Positions 1 to 10,773 of a DNA stretch of 64,000 nt are shown here, piece by piece. The first letter of the stretch is position 1; every line of letters starts with the position of its first letter. The stretch is taken from the NCBI GenBank assembly GCA_963790025.1, contig CAWBMP010000005.1, positions 575,224 through 639,223 of the forward strand. The letters are read 5' to 3'. Source of the stretch: Nitrospirota bacterium (GTDB taxonomy: Bacteria; Nitrospirota; Thermodesulfovibrionia; Thermodesulfovibrionales; Dissulfurispiraceae). A program made the position numbers and the translations under genes. Below the pieces are notes generated by a model. That model did not search any database. It saw only the letters and a list, made by a program, of their open reading frames with translations, and was not told the origin of the DNA.

Positions 1-240
1 GGAATTGCCATGATGATGGGTCGCTTTTTCATGATGATACCGGTCCTGGCAATAGCAGGCTCCCTTGCTGAAAAAAAGATCCATCCTGAAGGGGAGGGGA
101 CGTTCCCTGCACATGGAGTTCTGTTTACCCTGCTTTTGATAGGCGTAATTATTATTGTGGGAGCGCTCACTTTTTTTCCGACACTGTCTTTGGGACCCAT
201 TGCAGAGCACTTTGAAATGCTCCGCGGAAAATTGTTTTAG
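1..240 (+). CDS. kdpA: K+-transporting ATPase subunit A, 3' fragment (truncated by window start)
   Basis: C-terminus [37 protein letters not shown] is typical of KdpA; lies directly upstream of kdpB. Confidence 0.95.
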   Translation, partial: GIAMMMGRFFMMIPVLAIAGSLAEKKIHPEGEGTFPAHGVLFTLLLIGVIIIVGALTFFPTLSLGPIAEHFEMLRGKLF

Positions 241-256
241 GGGGGGTTGTATATAA

Positions 257-2287
257 ATGGCTAAGCCGTCGGCAGTAGCAGCATTTGAATCAAACATAAT
301 GCGCAAAGCGGTCCTGGATGCTTTAAAAAAGCTCAGTCCCGGGGTGCTTTATAAGAATCCAGTGATGTTTGTAGTTGAAATCGTGAGCGTTATGACCACG
401 GTCTCTTTTTTCAGTGATCTGTTTTCAAACTCCGGCAATGCCCTATTTACCGGACAAATCAGCGCCTGGCTCTGGTTTACAGTCCTATTTGCAAATTTTG
501 CAGAGGCCCTTGCAGAAGGCCGTGGAAAGGCCCAGGCTGAGACCTTGAGAAAGGCCCGGCGGGACACCCAGGCCGTTGTCCGGAAACCGGACGGAAGTAC
601 GGAGACAATCGCCTCCTCAATGCTTAAAAAAGGCGATATTGTGATAGTCAGCACCGGACAAGCTATTCCGGGCGACGGTACAGTGATAGACGGAGTGGCG
701 CTGGTGGACGAATCAGCCATTACAGGTGAGTCTGCACCTGTGATCCGGGAAGCCGGGGGAGACCGCAGCGCAGTGACCGGCGGAACTACGGTGCTGTCCG
801 ATCAGATTATCATTCAGATTACGCAGGAGCCCGGCAAATCTTTTCTCGATCGCATGATCGCGCTGGTGGAAGGTGCGGTGCGGCAGAAGACGCCCAATGA
901 GATAGCCCTGAGCATCATGCTTTCCGGGCTTACCATAGTATTTCTTCTCGCTGTAGTCACCCTTAAGCCGTTTGCCATGTATAGCAAAGCTGAGGCCTCC
1001 ATGGTCATTCTTGTTGCCCTGCTTGTTTGCCTGATCCCTACAACTATCGGAGGGCTCCTTTCAGCTATCGGTATTGCCGGCATGGACAGGCTGGTCAGAA
1101 GAAATATCCTTGCCACATCGGGCCGGGCGGTGGAGGCAGCCGGCAACATCGATGTGCTGATTCTGGACAAGACCGGGACAATTACGGTTGGCAACCGGAT
1201 GGCAACGGAGTTCATGCCGGCCACGGGTGTGAGCGAAAGGGAGCTTTCAGAGGCGGCTTGCCTTGCGTCGGCATGCGACCTCACTCCGGAGGGCAGGTCC
1301 ATTGTCACACTTGGTGAACAAAAAGGCGTGAAGGCAATTTGCCCTGCGGATGCCCAACTTATTCCTTTTACAGCAGAAACGAGGATGAGCGGAGTGGAAT
1401 TTGGAAGCACGTCGATCAGGAAAGGCGCTATGGACGCTATAGCAACCTGGCTCAAAGGAAACAGTGGAGTGTTGCCTCCTGAAGTCCAAAAGTCGGTTGA
1501 GAAAATTGCTGAATCAGGCGGCACGCCCCTTGTTGTTGCCAATAAGGAAAAAGCGTTAGGCGTCATATTCCTCAAGGACGTAGTCAAACCGGGCATTGCA
1601 GACCGTTTTGCACGTATACGGGCCATGGGGATCCGTACCATAATGATTACTGGAGACAACCGTCTTACCGCGGCAGCTATTGCCAAGGAAGCGGGCGTTG
1701 ACGATTTTCTGGCTGAAGCTACTCCGGAAGACAAGCTTAAGCTTATCCGTTCGATCCAGCAGGAAGGGAGGCTGGTAGCTATGAGTGGTGACGGCACCAA
1801 CGATGCGCCTGCCCTCGCTCAGTCTGACGTGGGGCTTGTCATGAATACAGGCACCCAGGCGGCGCGCGAGGCGGGAAATATGATCGACCTCGATTCCGAT
1901 CCCACAAAAATCATCGACGTGGTCGAAATCGGCAAGCAGTTGCTCATCACGCGGGGGTCCCTTACCACCTTCAGCATTGCGAACGATGTTGCAAAGTACT
2001 TTGCAATCATTCCTGCAATGTTTATGATTGCCTATCCGGGTCTCAAGGCGCTTAATATAATGGGACTCGCGAGTTCAGAAAGCGCTATATTATCGGCGGT
2101 AATATTCAATGCCCTGATCATCATCGGTTTAATACCGCTTGCATTGAAGGGCGTAGCCTACCGCCCGCAATCCGCTGTAAAAATACTGCGCTACAATGTG
2201 TTGGTTTACGGGTTAGGAGGCATCATAGCCCCCTTTATAGGCATAAAAATCATCGATATGCTTATCAGCATGCTTCATATGGCGTAA
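257..2287 (+). CDS. kdpB: K+-transporting P-type ATPase subunit B
   Basis: TGES, DKTGT phosphorylation motif, [26 protein letters not shown]. Confidence 0.98.
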   Translation: MAKPSAVAAFESNIMRKAVLDALKKLSPGVLYKNPVMFVVEIVSVMTTVSFFSDLFSNSGNALFTGQISAWLWFTVLFANFAEALAEGRGKAQAETLRKARRDTQAVVRKPDGSTETIASSMLKKGDIVIVSTGQAIPGDGTVIDGVALVDESAITGESAPVIREAGGDRSAVTGGTTVLSDQIIIQITQEPGKSFLDRMIALVEGAVRQKTPNEIALSIMLSGLTIVFLLAVVTLKPFAMYSKAEASMVILVALLVCLIPTTIGGLLSAIGIAGMDRLVRRNILATSGRAVEAAGNIDVLILDKTGTITVGNRMATEFMPATGVSERELSEAACLASACDLTPEGRSIVTLGEQKGVKAICPADAQLIPFTAETRMSGVEFGSTSIRKGAMDAIATWLKGNSGVLPPEVQKSVEKIAESGGTPLVVANKEKALGVIFLKDVVKPGIADRFARIRAMGIRTIMITGDNRLTAAAIAKEAGVDDFLAEATPEDKLKLIRSIQQEGRLVAMSGDGTNDAPALAQSDVGLVMNTGTQAAREAGNMIDLDSDPTKIIDVVEIGKQLLITRGSLTTFSIANDVAKYFAIIPAMFMIAYPGLKALNIMGLASSESAILSAVIFNALIIIGLIPLALKGVAYRPQSAVKILRYNVLVYGLGGIIAPFIGIKIIDMLISMLHMA

Positions 2288-2288
2288 A

Positions 2289-2408
2289 GAAGTAAAAAGT
2301 AAATAGTAAGGTCAAAAAAATACAAAGTAAGAACTGAAAAGATGAGAATTTAAAAGTAAGAAGTCCAGGGCGTTAATTTTTACTTTTCGCTTTTTACTTC
2401 TTACTTGC
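2289..2408. repeat. Inverted degenerate heptamer repeat spacer (AGTAAAA)n...(TTTTACT)n
   Basis: agtaaaaagtaaatagtaag...aaagtaagaagt followed by tttttacttttcgctttttacttcttactt. Confidence 0.75.
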
Positions 2409-2427
2409 AGTTTAACGGAGGAATGAA

Positions 2428-3015
2428 ATGATAAAGCCTATTATTAGATCTGCTGTTGTCACGCTGGTTTTGTGTGCTGTCCTTTGTGGAGTGTACCCCC
2501 TTGCTGTTACGCTGGTTGCACGGGTCATATTCCCTGAAAAGGCAAATGGAAGTCTTATTGAGAGGACAGGCAAAATTGTTGGTTCAAGGCTGATTGGCCA
2601 GGCATTCGGCCGTCCTGAATACTTCCATGGCCGTCCCTCGGCGGCAGGGGACAAAGGGTATGATGCAACCAGTTCAGGTGGTTCAAATCTCGGCCCTACC
2701 AGCAAGAAGCTTGCGGACCGTCTGCAAACGGATATTGATGCTGTCATAAAGGAGAACCCAACGATGTCTAAAGGTACGATACCGGTTGATCTTGTTACTG
2801 CGTCGGGGAGCGGCCTGGACCCTCATATTTCTCCGGAGGCGGCACTGGCTCAAGTTGACAGGGTCGCAAAGGTGCGGCATGCTGATCCTAAACAAATAGA
2901 GCAAGTCGTTCTTGCACAGGTGGAGGACCGTGACCTGGGCTTCCTGGGAGAAAAGCATGTCAATGTCCTGCTGCTTAATCTCAAGCTTGACGAGAAGATG
3001 CCGCTTAACAAATAG
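2428..3015 (+). CDS. kdpC: K+-transporting ATPase subunit C
   Basis: GSRLIGQ.F..P.YFHGRPSAAG, SGGSNLGP, TASGSGLDPHISP, VNVLLLNL. Confidence 0.98.
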   Translation: MIKPIIRSAVVTLVLCAVLCGVYPLAVTLVARVIFPEKANGSLIERTGKIVGSRLIGQAFGRPEYFHGRPSAAGDKGYDATSSGGSNLGPTSKKLADRLQTDIDAVIKENPTMSKGTIPVDLVTASGSGLDPHISPEAALAQVDRVAKVRHADPKQIEQVVLAQVEDRDLGFLGEKHVNVLLLNLKLDEKMPLNK

Positions 3016-3025
3016 TATAAAAGAA

Positions 3026-3121
3026 AGTTAGAGGTTCGAGGTTAGAGGCAAAGGCCTGTTGTTCGGTTTTTTTTTGCCTTTCGTCTTCGACTTTTGCCTC
3101 CAACCTCTGATCTCTAACCTT
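3026..3121. repeat. Inverted heptamer repeat spacer (GTTAGAG)n...(CTCTAAC)n
   Basis: agttagaggttcgaggttagaggc ... gcctccaacctctgatctctaacc. Confidence 0.7.
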
Positions 3122-3148
3122 ATAAACTATCTTTCGGAGGCATTAGAA

Positions 3149-4294
3149 TTGACTTTGGAGAGCACCGGCTTTGAAGCGCTTTTGGAGAGAAAGACAAAAG
3201 GCTCTCTGAAAATCTACCTTGGATATGCCGCGGGTGTCGGAAAAACCTATGAAATGCTTCAGGAGGGTCATCGTCTCAAGGAGCAGGGTTACGATGTTGT
3301 GGCGGGGTATATCGAGCCTCACGACCGCCCGGATACTATAAAGCTGATGGAAGGGATTGAAATAGTCGAGCCGCTTCGTCTCAGTATTGCCAATATTAAG
3401 GTGCTTGAGATGGACATCGAGGGTATAATTAAGCGCAACCCTCAAATAGTGCTTGTAGACGAAATGGCCCACACAAATGCAGCGGGTTCAAAGAATGAGA
3501 AGCGATTTCAGGACGTGCTCGAAATTCTTGACCACGGCATCAATGTCATTACCACGCTAAACATCCAGCATTTTGAAACCATCGCCGATAAGGTGGACAC
3601 AGCGCTCAGAGTGCCGGTGGGGGAGCGGGTGCCTGATTATATTCTTCAGCGGGCCGACCAGATCGTCAATGTGGATGTAACTATCGAAGAACTGCGGGAG
3701 AGGCTTCGGTCCGGTAAGATATACGAAATGTCAAAAGCGGAAAGGGCGCTTGTTCAATTTTTTACACATGAGAATCTTTCTCTTCTGCGGAAATTGGCGC
3801 TCCAGGAGGCTGCTGATGACCAGCTAAGGAAGATTGAAGAGGACCGTCTTTTGTCAGAGCTGGCCGCCAAGGAAGCAGATGAGGCGGTCATGGCGGCAAT
3901 GAGTTCTGGCGCTCCCAATGCAGAGGCCCTTATCAGGAAAGCGGCAAAGCTGTCAGCCAGGCTTTCAGCCCGGTGTTATATCGTCTATGTACAGAGAAAA
4001 CAGGAAGCCCCGGAACGTATTAATGCAGCCTTACAAAGAAAGCTCCTGTCCAATTTAAAGCTTGCCAAAATGCTTGGCGCCGAAGTAGTGACACTGCATG
4101 GCGAGGATGTTGCGGAAACATTGGTGAATTTTGCGCAAACCCATAAAGTGCGCCATGCGATCTTCGGCAAGACAGCCAGGTCTCCTATAAAAGAGCGGCT
4201 TTTCGGATCGGTGATTCAGGACTTCATTAATGATTCGGTGGGGATAGATGTTCACATTGTAGCCCCCACACCTTATCGGGAGGACGAAGAATGA
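3149..4294 (+). CDS. kdpD: KdpD N-terminal sensor (KdpD domain + Usp domain), no transmembrane or kinase part
   Basis: GSLKIYLGYAAGVGKTYEML, LVDEMAHTN, KRFQDV, TTLNIQH, ERVPD, then a Usp-like region; start moved to TTG 3149 after GGAGG. Confidence 0.9.
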   Translation: MTLESTGFEALLERKTKGSLKIYLGYAAGVGKTYEMLQEGHRLKEQGYDVVAGYIEPHDRPDTIKLMEGIEIVEPLRLSIANIKVLEMDIEGIIKRNPQIVLVDEMAHTNAAGSKNEKRFQDVLEILDHGINVITTLNIQHFETIADKVDTALRVPVGERVPDYILQRADQIVNVDVTIEELRERLRSGKIYEMSKAERALVQFFTHENLSLLRKLALQEAADDQLRKIEEDRLLSELAAKEADEAVMAAMSSGAPNAEALIRKAAKLSARLSARCYIVYVQRKQEAPERINAALQRKLLSNLKLAKMLGAEVVTLHGEDVAETLVNFAQTHKVRHAIFGKTARSPIKERLFGSVIQDFINDSVGIDVHIVAPTPYREDEE

Positions 4295-6084
4295 CGGTGC
4301 TTCCTCCGCTGCGAAGAAAGATACTCCACGGCTATCTCACCTTCGTTGGCGTGTTCGGGGTCATGTGTATTTTGCTCATCCTTTCCTCTGTTTACATGGC
4401 TACGGGCCTTAGCCCAAGAATCATTCACTCCAATTACGATTCTATCGAGGCCACAAGGAAAATGCAGAAGTCGTGGAACGCGCTTCATTTTCCCTACGCT
4501 TACCCCGGCTCACCGAAAGAAGCCTGGATCAAGCAATTTAATGATGCGTTGCATTTTGAGTTGTCTAATATTACCGAGCCTGGTGAAGATAAAATCGCCG
4601 ACAGGATAGAAGAACTGTGGGACATATGGAAACGCGGCGGCGGGTCTGATGATCTGACGAGGGAAATGAACGACGAGTTCGAAAAATTGACGTTGCTTAA
4701 TGAAAAAGGGATGTTTGAACTTGTCGCCAAATCAGCTAAGGTCCGGCGTGCAGTTGTCATCGGAGTTGCATTATTTTTTGCCGTTACTTTTATTATTACT
4801 CTTTTAGTGGTTGATTCACTTTCAAGCCGATTGGCAAAGCCGCTCAAAGATATCGCCGAGGTGCTCCGCTCAAAGATAAGGCCGGGAGAGAGACTCAAAC
4901 TGCCTGAACCCACGAGTCTGGAAATACGCATACTTAACGAGGAACTCACGTCATTATGGGAGAGAGTGGGCCGTTCGGAGCAGCTTAATGTTGAAAAAAT
5001 TCTGAGACAAAGAAACCAGTTGGAAACACTCCTGTCTGCGGTCGAGGATGCGGTCATTGCCCTGGATGACAAGGGGCGTGTCACTCATGTGAACCAAAGA
5101 ATGGCGCAACTCATCGGCCTTGGCACGGATAGTATAGTCGGCATGCTCTGGGCCGATCTTTCATCTGTTTCGGGTAATTATATCAAGCTTCGGGAGGTGT
5201 TGAGGGAGCGGGAAAAAGAGGGCGCCCAGGTTTTCGAACTCAGGACCGAAAAAGAGGGCAATAGAAGCTTTGAGGCGCGGGTCAGGGAGGTCTCGTCTCC
5301 TTCTGGAGAACTGATTTCGACAATTTTTCTTCTCCATGATGTTACCGAGATACGCCAAAGAGAACGGCTGAAGACGGAATTCATAGGAGTGCTCTCTCAT
5401 GAGCTCAAGACCCCGCTTCAGTCCCTCGGCACGGCCGTAGAACTTCTCGCACAGAAAAAAGACTCCTTTGATGAGCGGTCGCGATTTCTTATTGAGACCC
5501 TTGTGAGCGATGCCGGGCGCATACGCGCGGTTGCCAATCAGTTCATACAGGTTGATCATATGCCGGGGACTGCCATTCACATACACCCGGAGTTGACCAA
5601 AATAAGTGAACTTCTTCCCGAATGGCTCAAACCATTTGAATTGCTTGCGGCTGAGCGTTCGGTCGTTTTGCGCTATGAGAAGGCAAGCGAGGGAGATATT
5701 TGGGCCGAAATTGATCCGGCCAAATTTCCATGGGTGATCTCAAACCTGCTCACTAACTCCCTGAGGGTTTCCCCGCATGACTCGGTTGTCGAAGTGTTCC
5801 TTTCGGTCAGCGGCGGTCATGTCGAGATCGAGGTGAGGAACCAGGGACCAAAAATACCCGAAGAGATCCGCAGGCGTATGTTCGATCCCTATTTTAAAGG
5901 AACAGGTGAGAAAGCCGGCAGTCCCGCCCATGCTCCGGGCTATCTCGGATTGGGATTAACGATCGTTAAAGAGGTGACCGAGGCGCACGGCGGAAGTGTA
6001 GAATACTCGGATGTTGAACCGACCGGGTCATGTTTCAGGATACTTCTGCCGATTCCCCAAATAATCGGTGACATGGGAATATGA
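4291..6084 (+). CDS. Membrane sensor histidine kinase (2 TM, HAMP/PAS, HisKA, HATPase)
   Basis: LSHELKTPL H-box, NLLTNS N-box, FDPYF, GLGLGL; ATGA overlap with kdpD fragment. Confidence 0.93.
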   Translation: MTVLPPLRRKILHGYLTFVGVFGVMCILLILSSVYMATGLSPRIIHSNYDSIEATRKMQKSWNALHFPYAYPGSPKEAWIKQFNDALHFELSNITEPGEDKIADRIEELWDIWKRGGGSDDLTREMNDEFEKLTLLNEKGMFELVAKSAKVRRAVVIGVALFFAVTFIITLLVVDSLSSRLAKPLKDIAEVLRSKIRPGERLKLPEPTSLEIRILNEELTSLWERVGRSEQLNVEKILRQRNQLETLLSAVEDAVIALDDKGRVTHVNQRMAQLIGLGTDSIVGMLWADLSSVSGNYIKLREVLREREKEGAQVFELRTEKEGNRSFEARVREVSSPSGELISTIFLLHDVTEIRQRERLKTEFIGVLSHELKTPLQSLGTAVELLAQKKDSFDERSRFLIETLVSDAGRIRAVANQFIQVDHMPGTAIHIHPELTKISELLPEWLKPFELLAAERSVVLRYEKASEGDIWAEIDPAKFPWVISNLLTNSLRVSPHDSVVEVFLSVSGGHVEIEVRNQGPKIPEEIRRRMFDPYFKGTGEKAGSPAHAPGYLGLGLTIVKEVTEAHGGSVEYSDVEPTGSCFRILLPIPQIIGDMGI

Positions 6085-7424
6085 GTCAACTTCGCGTTCT
6101 TTTGGTAGATGATGATAACAATATCCGCGTGACACTTAATGTTTCATTGTCGGATATGGGGCATCATGTTGTTGCCGTGGCGTCGCTGAAAGAGGCCATA
6201 GAGGCCTTGAAAGCCGGGATTTTTGATCTTGTCCTTACGGATTTCCGTTTGGGCGGACCCACCGGAATTGACGTGATACGGGAGGCGAGACGTATTCAGC
6301 CCGAAGTGATTATGGTAGTGATGACCGCTTATTCTTCGATCGAAAATGCGATCCAGGTCACAAAAGAAGGGGCGTTCGATTATCTTCCGAAGCCTTTTAC
6401 CAATTCCCAACTTGTTCACATGCTGGAAAAGGTCCAGACACTTATCTCTCTCAAGAGAGAGAATGAGGCATTAAGAAGCGAACGTTACCGGCCTGATTAT
6501 TTCTTCGGTTTTGTTTCGACGGCAATGCAGCGGCTCGAAAAATTCGTGAATCAGGTAGCTCCGACAGACGAAACGATACTGATTACCGGAGAAAGCGGGA
6601 CCGGTAAGACAGAACTGGCCAAACTCATTCACAGCCGCTCACGCAGGGCAGCAGGCCTATTTGTAACGGTTTCCTGTACTACTCTCGCAGAGTCGGTCCT
6701 GGAATCCGAGCTTTTCGGGCATGTGAAGGGTGCTTTCACCGGCGCTGTAAGTGAGAAGGTGGGAAAGCTCGAACTGGCCGATAACGGCACTCTTTTCCTG
6801 GATGAGATTGGCGACCTTTCACTTTCAGCCCAGACAAGGCTTTTAAGGTTTCTTCAGGAGAAAATTATCGAGAGAGTCGGCGGAACGGATGAAATCAGGG
6901 TGAATAGCCGTATTATTGCTGCAACCAATCATGATTTAAAAGAGGCCGTAGCAAACCGGGGATTCCGGGAGGACCTGTATTACCGTCTCAATATCCTGGA
7001 AAGTTACGTGGTCCCTCTCAGGCACCGGAAAGAAGATATACCTGTATTGATTCAACGCTTCATAAAGGAGGCTGCAACCCGGCAGGGGAAATCATATGTC
7101 CCGGTGATCCCTAAAAAAATAATGCAGAAGCTCCTTGAATATTACTGGCCCGGCAACGTCCGTGAATTGAAAAACACATTGGAAAGGATAGTGATTCTTA
7201 CTAATGGAGAAGAGGTTGAAGATGCTTACCTTCCCCCTGCAATCCTGGCATCGAACAATACCTATGCTGACAAAGGCAAAAAGCTGAAGACCCTTGAGCA
7301 AATGGAAAAAGAGCAAATACTTGCTGTTTTGGAAGCGGAACAGAACCTGGAGAAAGCAGCCGAAATCCTCGGAATAACTTCGGTCACTCTCTGGCGAAAA
7401 CGCAAACAATACGGAATACCCTGA
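6081..7424 (+). CDS. Sigma54-dependent (NtrC-family) response regulator
   Basis: Receiver [44 protein letters not shown]-terminal Fis HTH. Confidence 0.96.
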   Translation: MSQLRVLLVDDDNNIRVTLNVSLSDMGHHVVAVASLKEAIEALKAGIFDLVLTDFRLGGPTGIDVIREARRIQPEVIMVVMTAYSSIENAIQVTKEGAFDYLPKPFTNSQLVHMLEKVQTLISLKRENEALRSERYRPDYFFGFVSTAMQRLEKFVNQVAPTDETILITGESGTGKTELAKLIHSRSRRAAGLFVTVSCTTLAESVLESELFGHVKGAFTGAVSEKVGKLELADNGTLFLDEIGDLSLSAQTRLLRFLQEKIIERVGGTDEIRVNSRIIAATNHDLKEAVANRGFREDLYYRLNILESYVVPLRHRKEDIPVLIQRFIKEAATRQGKSYVPVIPKKIMQKLLEYYWPGNVRELKNTLERIVILTNGEEVEDAYLPPAILASNNTYADKGKKLKTLEQMEKEQILAVLEAEQNLEKAAEILGITSVTLWRKRKQYGIP

Positions 7425-7429
7425 AAAAA

Positions 7430-7505
7430 CAGGTAAAGGCAAAGGTGAAGGTTAAGATAAAAACAAAATAACAACAAACGCTATGCCTGCATCTATACCT
7501 GCCTC
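7430..7505. repeat. Inverted hexamer repeat spacer (AGGYAA)n...(TRCCTN)n between convergent genes
   Basis: aggtaaaggcaaaggtgaaggttaag ... ctatgcctgcatctatacctgcct. Confidence 0.6.
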
Positions 7506-9183
7506 ACATGCGGTCCGGCGCTTTGACACCGAGTATCTTCAGACCGTGGCGCAGCACTATCTGTATTGCCCGGCAGAGGGCAAGCCGGGCCCTCGTGAGT
7601 TCAATGTCTTCCGTAACGACTTTGTACTTGTGGTAATAATGGTGAAACATTCCTGCAAGTTCCTGAAGGTAGAAAGTTATCCGGTGAGGCTCATGCGCCA
7701 GCGCCGCGTTTCTGAACATCATTGGATAGAGCAGCAGCTTTTTGAGTATGCGCATTTCTTCATCATTAAAATATTCGCAGTTAAATGCGGCCAGGTACTG
7801 CTCCGGATTTTTAAGTGTCAAGTCCCCGGTCACCGCTTCCGATTCCTGTTTGGCCTTTTCAAAAATGCTGTTGATCCGTGCATGGGCATACTGGACGTAA
7901 TACACCGGGTTTTCCGAGGATTGTGCTTTGGCCACTTCGATGTCCACTTCAAGATGACTGTCCGAACGGCGCGTCAAGAACAGGAACTTGGTTGTGTCTG
8001 CACCGATATCATCCATGACCTCGCGCAAGGTAATGAATTCACCGGCGCGCTTTGACATCTGTACAGGCTGCCCTCCTCTTAAAAGAGAGACCAACTGGAC
8101 GAGAAGAACGCGCAAGCTGTCTTTGGTGCATCCGAGGGCCTGTATAACGGCCTGCATACGCGGGATATAGCCATGGTGGTCGGCGCCCCATATATCGATC
8201 AGCTCGTCGAACCCCCTCGCCACTTTTTTCCTGTGATAGGCTATGTCAGGTGCAAAGTAGGTGTATTCACCGTCTTTTTTGATAATGACACGGTCCTTAT
8301 CATCTCCGAATGCCGTTGACTGGAACCATGTTGCGCCATCCGCCTCGTAGATATGACCGTGTTCCCTGAGATCATCGATCGCCTGTGCCACTTCTCCTTT
8401 TTCGTATAACTCCCGTTCACTCTGCCACGTATCAAAAAAAACGCCGAAATCCTCAAGGTCTTTTTTAATGTCCCCCAGCATTTTCTGATAGGAAAAGTCG
8501 ATGAAGGTCTGCGCGGCATCATCAAAGTTTTTTTCAGCAAATGTGTCGCCATATTTTTCTCTGAGGTCCTCTGCAATGTCTTCTATATAATCACCGTGGT
8601 ACCCATCCTCAGGAAAGTGACATTCAATGCCGCACAGAAGTTTGTATTTTGCAAACACGGAAATGCCGAGCAGTTTTACCTGTCGCCCTGCATCGTTAAT
8701 ATAGAATTCTTTTTCGACTGCGTAGCCGGCTTCGCTCAGAAGATTGGATAGCGCCGCTCCAAGGGCGGCCCCTCTGCCGTGGCCCAAATGCATGGGGCCT
8801 GTAGGGTTGGCGCTTACAAATTCTATTTGTATTTTTTTACCGTTGCCGATATTCTCAATAAGGACTGTCTCTCCCAATGTAAGGAGTGAAATCAGCTGTT
8901 TGCAGAGGAACAAACGCGAGAAGGTGAAGTTTATAAAGCCTGGACCTGCGATCTCTATTTTCTCGAAGATGTCGCTATGGCCGATTGCGTTGACTATATC
9001 TTCCGCAACCTTCCTTGGCGGTTTTTTTAAAAGCTTTGTGAGGCCCATCGCGAGTGGAGCGGACAGGTCGCCGAAGCTTTCATCTTTGGGAGGCGCTATT
9101 TCTATGGCATCAAGCTGAATATTATAAACATCGTCAACTGTTTTTTGCAGAAGCCCTCTCAAGACCTTTTCCATAACTTTCAA
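7504..9183 (-). CDS. argS: Arginine--tRNA ligase
   Basis: EFVSANPTGPMHLGHGRGA (HIGH), WGADHHGY, MSKRAG, YYVQYAHAR. Confidence 0.98.
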   Translation of the reverse strand: MKVMEKVLRGLLQKTVDDVYNIQLDAIEIAPPKDESFGDLSAPLAMGLTKLLKKPPRKVAEDIVNAIGHSDIFEKIEIAGPGFINFTFSRLFLCKQLISLLTLGETVLIENIGNGKKIQIEFVSANPTGPMHLGHGRGAALGAALSNLLSEAGYAVEKEFYINDAGRQVKLLGISVFAKYKLLCGIECHFPEDGYHGDYIEDIAEDLREKYGDTFAEKNFDDAAQTFIDFSYQKMLGDIKKDLEDFGVFFDTWQSERELYEKGEVAQAIDDLREHGHIYEADGATWFQSTAFGDDKDRVIIKKDGEYTYFAPDIAYHRKKVARGFDELIDIWGADHHGYIPRMQAVIQALGCTKDSLRVLLVQLVSLLRGGQPVQMSKRAGEFITLREVMDDIGADTTKFLFLTRRSDSHLEVDIEVAKAQSSENPVYYVQYAHARINSIFEKAKQESEAVTGDLTLKNPEQYLAAFNCEYFNDEEMRILKKLLLYPMMFRNAALAHEPHRITFYLQELAGMFHHYYHKYKVVTEDIELTRARLALCRAIQIVLRHGLKILGVKAPDRM

Positions 9184-9391
9184 GTCTACCTTACTTCATT
9201 TATAAAATTCTACCCGGAGAACGTATTGCTGCGTGTACAGTCACGTGTGACGAAGGATGTGCTCTTCCGCTCAGACGCTCCGCTTTTACGATTCTAAAGG
9301 CTCATCCGCTACAGCCGCAAAACTCGTAATTAGCTATTGTCAACAAGAGGGTGTCTTAAGGTAAAATAAAGAAAAACTTGAAGGAGCATAT

Positions 9392-9613
9392 ATGTGTCTT
9401 GCAGTGCCCTCGAAGATTGTGACTATAGACGATATGATGGCAACGGTCGACGTATACGGAGCTCGCCGTGAAGTCAGCCTGCTTCTGATGCCTGAGGAGG
9501 CGTTCATAGGCGATTACGTGCTCGTACACGCGGGTTTCGCTATCAAGAAGGTTGACAGCGATGCTGCAGCAGAGGCGCTGAAGCTTATTAAAGATATCAC
9601 AAACGCCTTATAG
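9392..9613 (+). CDS. hypC: Hydrogenase maturation chaperone HypC/HupF
   Basis: MCLAVP start, GDYVLVHAGFAI; RBS AAGGAG. Confidence 0.95.
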   Translation: MCLAVPSKIVTIDDMMATVDVYGARREVSLLLMPEEAFIGDYVLVHAGFAIKKVDSDAAAEALKLIKDITNAL

Positions 9614-9631
9614 CGCAGTACGGTTCTTGCT

Positions 9632-9659
9632 TTGACAACTTTCTAAAAAATGGTAACAT
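9632..9659 (+). promoter_or_regulatory. Sigma70-type promoter for usp
   Basis: TTGACA-16 nt-TAACAT with TG extension. Confidence 0.55.
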
Positions 9660-9686
9660 TACGTTAATACCAACTTTGAATGAGGG

Positions 9687-10175
9687 GTGAAAGGAATGAA
9701 CAAACTGTTGTTGGCAATAGACGGTTCTGAGAACTCTATGAAAGCGGTTGCTTATACGGGTCGCCAATTTTCAGGCATAAGTGACTTGAGGATAACACTT
9801 TTTCATGTAGTGCCTTTTGTGCCTGCTTTTTTCTGGGATGACGGGCATATCCTCACCAAAGAAGAAAGGGAAGACCGCAAGATAGTTGTCGATAAATGGT
9901 TGACCAACCGGCAAACAATGGCCTGGCCCATATTCGACAAGGCCAAAGGTATCCTTCTCGGCAATGGTATAAAAGCCGAGCAGATCGAGACGAAAGTGGT
10001 ATCTGATTCGACTGATATTATAGACAGTGTTCTTGAAGAGGCACACGATGGAGGTTATCAGACCCTTGTGCTGGGACGCCGCGGCATTTCCAAGGTCGAA
10101 CACCTGCTTATGGGCAGCGTCACAGCCGGAATTGTCAACCGCGGAGCAGGGATAGCGATTTGCATAGTTGAGTAA
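9687..10175 (+). CDS. Universal stress protein (Usp)
   Basis: LLLAIDGSENS..AV; LVLGRRGIS..LLMGSVT. Confidence 0.92.
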   Translation: MKGMNKLLLAIDGSENSMKAVAYTGRQFSGISDLRITLFHVVPFVPAFFWDDGHILTKEEREDRKIVVDKWLTNRQTMAWPIFDKAKGILLGNGIKAEQIETKVVSDSTDIIDSVLEEAHDGGYQTLVLGRRGISKVEHLLMGSVTAGIVNRGAGIAICIVE

Positions 10176-10213
10176 AGGAATATGCGCAGTTCCTGAATTC
10201 CGGATTATCCAGC

Positions 10214-10570
10214 TTATATAGGTATGGTGGCCTTATTACCGGCGTCGTCCAGGCAGACGAAGGTCACGTTTGTGGAGAACACCCCTGTTTCGTCGCCGGT
10301 CTTAATATCTTCAACGAATACATTCACACTATACCGGACCGAAGTGTTTCCAATTTTCACTCTTTCTACGAGAAATCTCAGAATGGAACCCTCCTTTATC
10401 CCTTTCCGGAATTCAATCTTATCCATTCCTATCGTAACAAATTTGCACCCTGGAAAGTCCAAACTCGCAGCTATCCAGGCTATTTCATCAACCCATTTTA
10501 AAAGGTGGCCGCCGAATATGTAACCAAACTGATTAAGATGTTCAGGAAGGACCAATTTATAATTTTCCAT
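10214..10570 (-). CDS. Acyl-CoA thioesterase (hotdog fold)
   Basis: VLPEHLN..GYIFGG.LLKWVDE; VERVKIGNTS; TFVCLD. Confidence 0.9.
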   Translation of the reverse strand: MENYKLVLPEHLNQFGYIFGGHLLKWVDEIAWIAASLDFPGCKFVTIGMDKIEFRKGIKEGSILRFLVERVKIGNTSVRYSVNVFVEDIKTGDETGVFSTNVTFVCLDDAGNKATIPI

Positions 10571-10618
10571 ATCTCTATTTTATCACATTCTATTGCAAAC
10601 AAAATAAACGATAGTTTA

Positions 10619-10660
10619 TTGACTTAAGTCAAAAACAATTAGGGGAAAACAATATATAAT
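10619..10660 (+). promoter_or_regulatory. Crp/Fnr-family binding palindrome plus -10 box upstream of the octaheme-nap operon
   Basis: Perfect TTGAC-TTAA-GTCAA at 10619-10632; TATAAT at 10655-10660. Confidence 0.75.
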
Positions 10661-10773
10661 TAGCTCAAATCAGGAATAAAAATGTCACTTATTGTAAATT
10701 TGGCCTGTTTCGACTATGATTTTAGAAAAGTAACAATAATGTAACCTTTAATTTATTTGGAAGAGGAGGTTTT

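Noticed and set aside
814..1800. Long antisense ORFs (e.g. 814-1800, 12942-13583, 27991-28779, 51083-51910)
   Set aside because: Shadows of well-supported genes on the opposite strand, with no recognisable motifs
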